Origin: Bacteroidales bacterium
Lineage (GTDB): Bacteria; Bacteroidota; Bacteroidia; Bacteroidales; UBA3663
Direction of reading: 5' to 3'
DNA: 33,242 nucleotides
Assembly (NCBI GenBank): GCA_030526445.1
Contig: JAUNCV010000004.1
Coordinates: 390 to 33,631 of the forward strand
Shown: positions 1 to 8,641 of the stretch, in pieces
Position numbering within the stretch: position 1 is the first letter of the stretch
Layout: each line of letters starts with the position of its first letter
The notes under the pieces: model-generated
What the model was told of the DNA's origin: nothing
What the model saw: only the letters and a program-made list of their open reading frames with translations
The model's database searches: none
Made by a program: the position numbers and the translations under genes

Positions 1-1376
1 GGCAGATTGCGCATAGACATGATGCGAGGCATGCCCGGAGCACCCGAGGCTGAGGCTGCTGCCGGCTGCTGGGCCACAGGGCGAGCGGCGGCTGGCATGG
101 GTTGCGGCTGCGCGGCAGGGCGGGGCTGTGCCGGTGCTGGCTGTGGGGCTACAGTGGCTTGTGGGGCTGCCTGTGGCATGGGGCGCTGCTGCTGGGGCAT
201 GGCCTGCACGGGGCGCTGCTGAGCCGGCTGCTGGGCTACGGGTTGCTGCACCGGTGCGGCGGGCTGAACGGCGGGCTGCACGGGATGCATGATGTGGCAG
301 AGCTTGACCAATGCGAGCTCGACAGAGAGGCGCTTGTTGCGCGAGGCACGGTAGTTGAAATCGCACTCGGCTGCGAGGCTGAGACCCTGATAGAGGAACT
401 GCGGATGACACTGGGCGGACTGCTGCTGATAGCGCTGTGCCACCTCGGGACCCGCCTCGATGAGCGAGAGGGTATTAGGATCGCGAGCCACCATGAGATC
501 GCGCAGATGTGAGGCCAGACCGCCGATGAAATACTGGGGGTCGAAGCCACGACGAATGGCGTCATCGAGCATGAGGAGAACATTGGGCACATTGCCCTGC
601 AATGCGTTATCGACCACGCGGAAAAAGACCTCATAATCAAGGATATTGAGGTTCTGAATGGTGCTCTGATAGGTGACCTTGCCGCCGGTGAAGGAGGTGA
701 TCTGATCGAACATAGAGAGCGAATCGCGCATGCCGCCATCGGCCTTCTGGGCAATGACCTGCAGGGCCTGAGGTTCGGCCACGATGCCCTCTTGCTGGGC
801 AATGTATTGCAGCTGATCAACGATATCGGAGATGGAGATGCGCTGGAAATCGTAGGTCTGACAACGGCTCAAGATGGTGGGGAGAATCTTGTGCTTCTCG
901 GTGGTGGCCATGACAAAGATGGCGTGTGCAGGCGGCTCTTCGAGGGTCTTGAGGAAGGCGTTGAAAGCCTGTGTGGAGAGCATGTGCACCTCATCGATAA
1001 TGAAGACCTTGTAACGCCCCACCTGTGGCGGAATGGCTACCTGCTCAATGAGGTCGCGGATGTGGTCAACGCCATTGTTTGAGGCGGCATCGAGCTCATA
1101 GACATTGTAGGAACGCTGCTCCTGGAACGAGCGGCACGACTCGCACTCGTTGCAAGCCTCGCCCTCGGGGGTGAGATGCTCGCAGTTGATGGTCTTGGCA
1201 AAAATGCGGGCACAGGTGGTTTTGCCCACGCCGCGCGGACCGCAGAAAAGATAGGCATGCGCCAACTTGCCGCCAAGGATGGCATTCTTGAGTGTCTGCA
1301 CGAGGCCCTTCTGCCCCACGACAGTGTGCCAGTTCTGAGGACGATATTTTCGGGCAGAAACAATATATTCTGACAT
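1..1376 (-). CDS. dnaX: DNA polymerase III subunit gamma/tau, N-terminal ~458 codons; the ORF runs off the window start. It is absent from the supplied ORF track because no stop codon lies in the window.
   Basis: Manual minus-strand translation from the ATG at 1376-1374 gives MSEYIVSARKYRPQNWHTVVGQKGLVQTLKNAILGGKLAHAYLFCGPRGVGKTTCARIFAKTINCEHLTPEGEACNECESCRSF...IIDEVHMLS...LSRCQTYDF. This shows Walker A GPRGVGKTT, the Cys-rich zinc module, the DEVH box and the SRC motif. I checked the frame by hand at 1376, around 540 and at position 2, and it is consistent and open. The distal part (about 1-290) is a P/Q/A-rich low-complexity linker. Confidence 0.93.
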   Translation of the reverse strand, partial: MSEYIVSARKYRPQNWHTVVGQKGLVQTLKNAILGGKLAHAYLFCGPRGVGKTTCARIFAKTINCEHLTPEGEACNECESCRSFQEQRSYNVYELDAASNNGVDHIRDLIEQVAIPPQVGRYKVFIIDEVHMLSTQAFNAFLKTLEEPPAHAIFVMATTEKHKILPTILSRCQTYDFQRISISDIVDQLQYIAQQEGIVAEPQALQVIAQKADGGMRDSLSMFDQITSFTGGKVTYQSTIQNLNILDYEVFFRVVDNALQGNVPNVLLMLDDAIRRGFDPQYFIGGLASHLRDLMVARDPNTLSLIEAGPEVAQRYQQQSAQCHPQFLYQGLSLAAECDFNYRASRNKRLSVELALVKLCHIMHPVQPAVQPAAPVQQPVAQQPAQQRPVQAMPQQQRPMPQAAPQATVAPQPAPAQPRPAAQPQPMPAAARPVAQQPAAASASGAPGMPRIMSMRNL

Positions 1377-1395
1377 GATGTTACGTATTTTCGGG

Positions 1396-1427
1396 CAAAG
1401 ATAGCCTCTTTTTTCGAAAACAGCAAA
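1396..1427 (-). promoter_or_regulatory. Candidate Bacteroides-type promoter for dnaX (-33 TTTG, -7 TATCTTTG)
   Basis: On the minus strand, TATCTTTG (plus-strand coordinates 1403-1396) matches TAnnTTTG. A TTTG lies at 1427-1424, 20 nt upstream. The dnaX ATG is about 20 nt downstream of the -7 box. Confidence 0.5.
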
Positions 1428-1500
1428 TAAATATATATAAATATGTATTGGCAGACAGGAAATGCAGACATTTTGTCAGCTATATGACAGAAAGATTGAT

Positions 1501-1516
1501 TGGCACACAATTTGCA
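1501..1516 (+). promoter_or_regulatory. Sigma-54-like -24/-12 element TGGCAC-N5-TTGCA upstream of groES
   Basis: TGGCACacaatTTGCA is an exact match to the RpoN consensus TGGCAC-N5-TTGCW with GG-N10-GC spacing. It lies 44 nt upstream of the groES ATG. I found no TAnnTTTG box between dnaX and groES on the plus strand. Confidence 0.35.
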
Positions 1517-1559
1517 GTGATACGAGCAGCAAATAATAACTCATAAAAAAATATACACA

Positions 1560-1832
1560 ATGAACATTAAACCACTTGCAGACCGCGTGCTCGTTAAGCC
1601 CGCTCCTGCTGAGACCAAGACAATCGGCGGCATCATTATTCCAGACACCGCTAAGGAGAAGCCTATGAAGGGCGAAGTTGTGGCTGCCGGCAATGGCACC
1701 AAGGACGAGGAGATGATCCTCAAGGTGGGTGACACCGTGCTCTATGGCAAGTATGCCGGACAGGAACTTGAGTTCGAGGGCGAGAAGTATCTCATCATGC
1801 GTCAGAGCGACGTGATGGCTGTGCTCGCTTAA
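1560..1832 (+). CDS. groES: Co-chaperonin GroES (90 aa)
   Basis: [46 protein letters not shown]... is a canonical Cpn10 sequence, and the gene sits directly upstream of groEL. Confidence 0.97.
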   Translation: MNIKPLADRVLVKPAPAETKTIGGIIIPDTAKEKPMKGEVVAAGNGTKDEEMILKVGDTVLYGKYAGQELEFEGEKYLIMRQSDVMAVLA

Positions 1833-1846
1833 TATCTCATTTCTAA

Positions 1847-3502
<1,656 letters not shown>

Positions 3503-3526
3503 TGCGCGTGCAAACATTATAAATAA

Positions 3527-3576
3527 AAATACCCGCATAGCAAAATTTAGTGGCTGTGTGGGTATTTTAGTTTTTT
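3527..3576 (+). terminator. Rho-independent terminator of groESL
   Basis: A roughly 15-bp stem pairs AAATACCCGCATAGC (3527-3541) with GCTGTGTGGGTATTT (3553-3567), including G-U wobbles. The loop is 11 nt and TTTTAGTTTTTT follows. Confidence 0.8.
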
Positions 3577-3598
3577 CGCCCAAGCACTGTGCGCAAAT

Positions 3599-3630
3599 TT
3601 TGGTCAACTAAAGAAGATTTATTATATTTG
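3599..3630 (+). promoter_or_regulatory. Candidate Bacteroides-type promoter for the nusB operon
   Basis: TTTG at 3599-3602 and TATATTTG at 3623-3630 are separated by 20 nt. The nusB ATG is at 3659. Confidence 0.5.
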
Positions 3631-3658
3631 CGCGTAATTTTTATTAGAACAGACAGAT

Positions 3659-4582
3659 ATGATTAATAGACTTTTGATCCGCATAAAGACCGCTCAGTTG
3701 GTATATGCATACATGCAGGGTTCTATGGATCGCCTTACATGCGACGACCAGTTGGCCAATTCGCTCGAAGCAGGATATGAACTTTATAACTACCTGCTCG
3801 CGCTCATCGTGAAGGTGACCGATTACCGCCGTATGCAGCTCGAGACTGGCAAGAAGAAGTTTATGCCAAGCCTTGAGGAGCGCAGACCAAACACCCGCTT
3901 TGCCGACAACCGCGTGGCGGTGATGATTGCCGAGAAGAGCCACGTGCTGGAGTATTGCGAGGAGCACAAGCTGCTCAACGACTTCGACACCGAAATGTAT
4001 CGCTCACTGCTCGACCAGATTATGGAGACCGAGGCATACAAGCGATTTATGGCACAGGCCGAGCCACCAACATTCGAGGATGAAAAGACCCTCTGGAAGG
4101 AGATCTTCCAGCAGGTGATTAACAACAACATCAAGCTCGATGAGGCTCTTGAGGAGAAGCGTCTCTACTGGAACGATGACCTGGCTACCATCACCGAGTT
4201 TGTGATCAAGGCCATCAACAAGCTGAAGGAGGACGCCGAGGAGGTGAAACTTGCACCAATGTTCAGCCGCGAGGACGACCGCAAGTTTGCCATGGAGCTC
4301 TTCCACCACGCTATTGACGAGGCACAGGAGTATGAGGCACTCATCGGCAAGAATGCTTCGAACTGGCACATTGACCGCATGCCACTCATGGACAAGGTGA
4401 TTATGATCACTGCTTTGGCCGAGATCAAGAACTTCTTTGACATTCCAACCCGCATCTCGATGAACGAGTATATTGAGCTGGCTAAGCACTATTGCGCGCT
4501 CGACACCGCCCGCTTCGTCAACGGCATCCTCGACAAGATTGTGAAGGAGTGGAAGAAAGAGGGCGTCATTACAAAGGCATAA
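3659..4582 (+). CDS. nusB: Transcription antitermination factor NusB (long Bacteroidota form, 307 aa)
   Basis: The C-terminal half (NWHIDRMPLMDKVIMITALAEIKNFFDIPTRISMNEYIELAKHYCALDTARFVNGILDKI) is the NusB fold signature. The nusB-yajC-YbbR-coaE synteny is typical of Bacteroidales. Confidence 0.85.
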   Translation: MINRLLIRIKTAQLVYAYMQGSMDRLTCDDQLANSLEAGYELYNYLLALIVKVTDYRRMQLETGKKKFMPSLEERRPNTRFADNRVAVMIAEKSHVLEYCEEHKLLNDFDTEMYRSLLDQIMETEAYKRFMAQAEPPTFEDEKTLWKEIFQQVINNNIKLDEALEEKRLYWNDDLATITEFVIKAINKLKEDAEEVKLAPMFSREDDRKFAMELFHHAIDEAQEYEALIGKNASNWHIDRMPLMDKVIMITALAEIKNFFDIPTRISMNEYIELAKHYCALDTARFVNGILDKIVKEWKKEGVITKA

Positions 4583-4636
4583 AAACAAGCAACTCAAAAC
4601 AAGCAAGCGTAAGTTTGCGTAATAACATAACAAAAA

Positions 4637-4999
4637 ATGAATTTTATTTTCCTTCAGGCCGAGGCAGCAGCTGCTGAGGCTCCTATGGCTGGCGGCTCTG
4701 CATGGGGCCAGATTCTTTGGATTGTAGCCATCATTGCAGTGTTCTATTTCTTCATGATTCGCCCACAGAACAAGCAGCGCCAGAAGCTGGCTGAGGAGCG
4801 CAACAACATGAAGGTTGGCGACAGCGTGGTAACTGCAAGCGGTGTGTATGGCAAGATTGACGGCATCAACACCGTGACCGACGCTAAGGGCAAGACCCAG
4901 GTGGAGAGCTTCATCATCAAGCTCAAGCCAGACTACACCACCCGCATCGTAGTGTATAAGGACTGCGTAAACAAGGACATCAGCTCTTTGGGCCAGTAA
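4637..4999 (+). CDS. yajC: Preprotein translocase subunit YajC (120 aa)
   Basis: A single TM helix is followed by FFMIRPQNKQRQKLAEERNNMKVGDSVVTASGVYGKI, the YajC signature. Confidence 0.88.
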   Translation: MNFIFLQAEAAAAEAPMAGGSAWGQILWIVAIIAVFYFFMIRPQNKQRQKLAEERNNMKVGDSVVTASGVYGKIDGINTVTDAKGKTQVESFIIKLKPDYTTRIVVYKDCVNKDISSLGQ

Positions 5000-5003
5000 T
5001 ATA

Positions 5004-5999
5004 ATGCGCAAAACCCCGAAATGGATAACGAATGTCATTGACACCCTGTCGATCATAAACCGACGGGATGCAGTGACATTCGCTGTTTTTGTAGTCATTG
5101 CAACAGGTTTCTGGTTTGCCACAACCGCCTATCAGAAGACCGATGCCACCTTCTCGGTGAAGCTGGAAATTGAAGGGCAGCCTGCCAACGATGTGTTTAC
5201 GACACACGTGCCTACAGAGCTCAAAGTGACCCTGTACGACACCAACAGCAGCCTGCTGCAATATAGATATAACCGCGACATCAAGACACTGACGGTGGAC
5301 TTCTCGCGCTATGCCGATGTGGCGGGCAACTTCAGAATTTCGGGCGCTGAGCTGCAATCGCTTTTGCTCAATAACCTGAAATCGACCACACAGATTACGG
5401 CTATTTCGCCCTCGCTGGTCGATGCACGCTATGCCGTGACAGGCGATGGCAAACGCTTGCCAGTGAAGATAAAAGGCGTATATACGGCAGCAGGCAACTA
5501 CCGCGACTTCGCTCCTACCATTGCCCCAGACTCGGTGCTGGTGCATGCCCCAAGCTATATTCTTGACACGCTGAAGAGTGTGGTGACCGAACCCCTATCC
5601 TACTACGGGCTGAAAGATACGCTGCACGTGAAGCAGGCTATTGCCCTGCCGGTGGGCGTAAAGGCAAGTCCAGACTCGGTGAACATCACGATACCGGTGG
5701 TGCAATATGTTGAGAAGCACCTCACCCATGTGCCCATCAAGGCGATAAACCTGCCACCCGGCAAGGAGCTGATACTCTTCCCCCGCGAAGCAGAAATCTC
5801 GATGCTGGCCAACTTTGAACAATATAACCACATCAATGCAGGCGGCTTCAGGCTCACGGTGAACTATGACAGCATCAAGAGCGACAGCCAGCAGTATCTG
5901 CCCGTAGAACTGAGATCGGCCTACGACAACAGGGTGATTGAGTGCGTGAAGATTTATCCCGACAAAGTGGAATATTCAATTGACGAGGAGAGCAAATAA
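5004..5999 (+). CDS. YbbR-like domain-containing membrane-anchored protein (331 aa)
   Basis: It has an N-terminal TM segment (AVTFAVFVVIATGFWFATTAY) followed by repeated beta-rich segments. Its position between yajC and coaE matches other Bacteroidales. The stop overlaps the coaE ATG by 1 nt (TAATG). Confidence 0.6.
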   Translation: MRKTPKWITNVIDTLSIINRRDAVTFAVFVVIATGFWFATTAYQKTDATFSVKLEIEGQPANDVFTTHVPTELKVTLYDTNSSLLQYRYNRDIKTLTVDFSRYADVAGNFRISGAELQSLLLNNLKSTTQITAISPSLVDARYAVTGDGKRLPVKIKGVYTAAGNYRDFAPTIAPDSVLVHAPSYILDTLKSVVTEPLSYYGLKDTLHVKQAIALPVGVKASPDSVNITIPVVQYVEKHLTHVPIKAINLPPGKELILFPREAEISMLANFEQYNHINAGGFRLTVNYDSIKSDSQQYLPVELRSAYDNRVIECVKIYPDKVEYSIDEESK

Positions 6000-6559
6000 T
6001 GATCATAGCAATAACTGGAGGCATAGGCAGCGGAAAATCGATTGTGAGCCGCGTGCTCGAGATTATGGGCCACAAGGTGTATGACTGCGACCGAGAGGCC
6101 AAACGCCTCATGCTTGAGGACCCCGAACTGATAGCGCAGCTCAAGGCCACCTTTGGCGAAGAGACCTACCTGCCCAACGGCATGCTGAACAAGCCCTATC
6201 TGGCAGCAGAGATATTTGGCGATGAGGCAAAACTCAAGACCATGAACAGCCTGGTGCACCCAGCCGTGGCGCGCGACTTCATGGCTTCGGGCTGCCAGTT
6301 TGTGGAGAGCGCCATTCTCTATGAATCGGGCTTCGACCAAAAGATACATCACGACCAGGTGTGGTGTGTGGCTGCACCGCTGGAACTGCGCATACAGCGT
6401 GCCCTGATACGCGACAATGCACAGCGCGAACAGGTGCTGGCCCGCATTGAGAGCCAGATGGCGCAGGAGGAGAAAATAGCGCGAGCCGATGCCACGATTT
6501 GGAATGACAGCGAACATTCGATTATTGAGCAAATCAATACTTTATTAGGATTGATTTGA
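5999..6559 (+). CDS. coaE: Dephospho-CoA kinase (186 aa)
   Basis: MIIAITGGIGSGKSIVSRVL carries the P-loop, and the protein has the CoaE length and architecture. Confidence 0.9.
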   Translation: MIIAITGGIGSGKSIVSRVLEIMGHKVYDCDREAKRLMLEDPELIAQLKATFGEETYLPNGMLNKPYLAAEIFGDEAKLKTMNSLVHPAVARDFMASGCQFVESAILYESGFDQKIHHDQVWCVAAPLELRIQRALIRDNAQREQVLARIESQMAQEEKIARADATIWNDSEHSIIEQINTLLGLI

Positions 6560-6600
6560 ACGATATATCTTTTGATATCGAGCAAATCAATGCTTTATTA

Positions 6601-6645
6601 AAATAAGAAAAGCGAGCCACAACACTGTGACTCGCCTTTTTATTT
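6601..6645. terminator. Bidirectional rho-independent terminator between the convergent coaE and the minus-strand lipid cluster
   Basis: GCGAGCCACA (6612-6621) pairs with TGTGACTCGC (6626-6635) with one mismatch and a 4-nt loop. An A-rich run (6601-6611) precedes the stem and TTTTTATTT (6637-6645) follows it. Confidence 0.75.
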
Positions 6646-6649
6646 AGTA

Positions 6650-6714
6650 GCTTTAGCTATTCGTGCTTTAGCATTCGTGGCTAAAAGCCATTCGTAAACC
6701 GAAGGTTTATTCGT
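6650..6714. repeat. Array of four short units, each a mini-palindrome followed by ATTCGT (ACGAAT on the minus strand)
   Basis: The units are GCTTTAGC-T-ATTCGT, GCTTTAGC-ATTCGT, GGCTAAAAGCC-ATTCGT and AAACCGAAGGTTT-ATTCGT. The last unit overlaps the thioesterase stop codon. Confidence 0.6.
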
Positions 6715-7144
6715 CCTCCTGCCCTATGCCATACTTCTTCTGCCATTCGGTGTAGTAGTCTGGCGACTCGAGCATAAGCGCTCCGCTTTCGTCGATAAAC
6801 AGCTGCGTGGTAGTAGCCTTGATGCAGAGAGCATTGTCGCGCTCACGGCGTATCTCGTAGCTATAGTCGAGACGGGCGCCCATCTTATAGACATAGCGCG
6901 TGCGGATCACTGCCACATCATTGAGCGCCAAAGGAGCATAGTACTTAACATGCATATCGACAATAGGCGCATACTTGCCCGAAGCAGCGATATCGGCATA
7001 ACCAATGCCTGGATAATGGCGGCCGAAAGACTCGCGTCCATCCTCGAGATACTTGACATAGGAACCATGCCACACCACCTGCATCTGGTCTATTTCGGAG
7101 AAACGAACAACCACCTTGCAGATATCCTCAAGTTTCACTTTCAT
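6707..7144 (-). CDS. Acyl-CoA/acyl-ACP thioesterase, 4HBT (YbgC-like) hot-dog family (145 aa)
   Basis: VVRFSEIDQMQVVWHGSYVKYLEDGRESF... is the typical 4HBT thioesterase N-terminal pattern. It is the last gene of the minus-strand cluster. Confidence 0.8.
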   Translation of the reverse strand: MKVKLEDICKVVVRFSEIDQMQVVWHGSYVKYLEDGRESFGRHYPGIGYADIAASGKYAPIVDMHVKYYAPLALNDVAVIRTRYVYKMGARLDYSYEIRRERDNALCIKATTTQLFIDESGALMLESPDYYTEWQKKYGIGQEDE

Positions 7145-7171
7145 ACGATTAGAGCACGAGAAAAAGAGACT

Positions 7172-7801
7172 TTACTTGACAGAGAACACCTTATCGTCGA
7201 TAGGGCCATTGAGCTTATAGCCCGAGAAGTCGTACTGGGTGTAGTTCTGGCCCTTCTCGTTCATGCGCAGTGTGCGGAGCTCGAGTGCCTTTGTGTCGAT
7301 AGTGATGACATACGACTGGAAGAGCTGCTTGCGCTTAGCCTTGGCATCGGCCACAATGGGCACGATGGTCATGACCATGAGGTTGCCTTTGCGCTCAATA
7401 TCGACATCGGCCACATCAGAGAGATCGAACTCTGCCTCGCCACCCTGCGAGAGGCTCTGAGCAATGCCCTTGAGAGCATCGAACTGACCATTGCCCTTGC
7501 CGCTCACACTCTGCGCCTTGCCATTGGTAACCATGGTGAAGGTTTCGCCATTCATGATGAGGGCATCGGCGCCATTGTTGAAGGTCATGCAGAGCTTGTT
7601 AGGGCGCTTGAAGTAGAGCTTGCCTTCGCTCACAACATCTTTGGTAACCATGGTGTTGTGCTTGGTCATCTTGGCCTTAGCCTCGACAGTCTGCGTATTC
7701 TTGAAAAGTTCTAATGCCTTCTGCTGCAGTTCGGCATCCTGTGCCTGGACAGTGACAAACGAGAGCACGCAAGCCATGAGAACAAACAAAATCTTCTTCA
7801 T
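7172..7801 (-). CDS. LolA-like outer-membrane lipoprotein carrier protein (209 aa, signal peptide)
   Basis: The signal peptide is MKKILFVLMACVLSFVTVQAQ. GKLYFKRPNKLCMTFNNG is the LolA-family motif region. The gene context matches ApeL-type proteins of aryl-polyene clusters. Confidence 0.75.
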   Translation of the reverse strand: MKKILFVLMACVLSFVTVQAQDAELQQKALELFKNTQTVEAKAKMTKHNTMVTKDVVSEGKLYFKRPNKLCMTFNNGADALIMNGETFTMVTNGKAQSVSGKGNGQFDALKGIAQSLSQGGEAEFDLSDVADVDIERKGNLMVMTIVPIVADAKAKRKQLFQSYVITIDTKALELRTLRMNEKGQNYTQYDFSGYKLNGPIDDKVFSVK

Positions 7802-7807
7802 AGAAAA

Positions 7808-7832
7808 AATTACGAATTTCGAATTACGAATT
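7808..7832. repeat. Direct repeat AATTACGAATT x2 (period 14), followed by ACTCCT-type low-complexity repeats up to 7860
   Basis: AATTACGAATT occurs at 7808-7818 and 7822-7832, followed by TCCTAACTCCTCACTCCTAACT. The element lies in the 61-nt FabG/LolA-like spacer. Confidence 0.7.
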
Positions 7833-7862
7833 ACTAATTCCTAACTCCTCACTCCTAACTAA

Positions 7863-8606
7863 TTAGGTGTAGAGGCCACCGTTGATGCTAATGACGTTGC
7901 CAGTGATGTAACCAGCCTCGGGCGAAGCAAGGAAGCCTACGAGAGCAGCCACCTCTTCTGGCTGGCCGAAGCGATTGGCTGGGATGGTCTTCTTGAGTTC
8001 CTTCTCATCGAGGCCTTCGACCATATCGGTCTTGATGAAGCCCGGAGCAATGGCATTGACAGTAACATTCTTGCGAGCCACCTCCTTGGCCAAAGCCTTG
8101 GTTGCAGCGATGATGCCGCCCTTGGCTGCCGAGTAGTTGGTCTGACCCTGCATGCCCATGATGCCCGAAACCGAAGCCATGTTGATGATGCGGCCAAACT
8201 TGTGGAACTGCATCTGCGCAATGAGTGGCTGGGTCACGGCAAAGAAGCTGTTGAGGTTGGTGTTGATGACGTTGAACCAATCCTCGCCTGGCATGAGCGC
8301 CATGAGGTTATCGCGACGGATGCCTGCATTGTTCACAACAACCTCGATATACTCATCGGCATCGGCATGAGCTGCCTGCCAGCCCTCAATGGCCTCGCGC
8401 ACCTGCTCAGCATTGCCTACATCGAACTTAAGCATCTCGCCATCAGAACCTGCTTCGCGAATGAGCTGAAGAGTCTCTTCGGCCGCAGCGGTGTTGTTAA
8501 CGTAGTTGATGATCACACGGTAGCCCATCTGAGCCAGCTTGATGCTCACTGCGCGACCAATGCCGCGGCTACCACCAGTTACTAATGCATATTTCATATT
8601 ATTCAA
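7863..8606 (-). CDS. fabG: 3-oxoacyl-ACP reductase (SDR, FabG family, 247 aa)
   Basis: VTGGSRGIGRAV is the TGxxxGIG motif, NNAG is present, and YSAAKGG is the catalytic YxxxK. Confidence 0.9.
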   Translation of the reverse strand: MNNMKYALVTGGSRGIGRAVSIKLAQMGYRVIINYVNNTAAAEETLQLIREAGSDGEMLKFDVGNAEQVREAIEGWQAAHADADEYIEVVVNNAGIRRDNLMALMPGEDWFNVINTNLNSFFAVTQPLIAQMQFHKFGRIINMASVSGIMGMQGQTNYSAAKGGIIAATKALAKEVARKNVTVNAIAPGFIKTDMVEGLDEKELKKTIPANRFGQPEEVAALVGFLASPEAGYITGNVISINGGLYT

Positions 8607-8641
8607 ATTTTATCTTTTAGACAAACGTCTGTTTCGGAAGT

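Noticed and set aside
7-820. Track ORFs 7..222(+), 102..512(+) and 236..820(-), with Gly/Ala/Cys/Arg-rich or Ser/Pro-rich translations
   Set aside because: They lie in frames other than the dnaX frame, which I verified by hand, and they overlap its P/Q/A-rich low-complexity linker and C-terminal domains. Their composition is an artefact of the GC-rich repetitive CAG/CCG/GCN codons of dnaX.
1-1376. Possible E. coli-style programmed -1 frameshift site (A AAA AAG) in dnaX
   Set aside because: I saw no A-AAA-AAG heptamer on the coding strand within the part of dnaX in the window. The only long A/T run nearby (1406-1411) is upstream of the start codon.
1037-1510. Track ORF 1037..1510(-), 157 aa, spanning the dnaX start
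   Set aside because: It is out of frame with dnaX (start positions differ modulo 3), has no recognisable motifs and runs through the dnaX promoter region. The true gene starts at 1376.
1377-1559. CIRCE operator (TTAGCACTC-N9-GAGTGCTAA) or a sigma-32-type promoter for groESL
   Set aside because: I read the whole spacer and found no match to either element.
4004-5122. 372-aa minus-strand ORF across nusB/yajC
   Set aside because: It is antisense to two well-supported genes and has no recognisable domain.
6950-7714. 254-aa plus-strand ORF across the thioesterase and LolA-like genes
   Set aside because: It is antisense to two genes with clear family motifs and spans their intergenic gap, so it is spurious.
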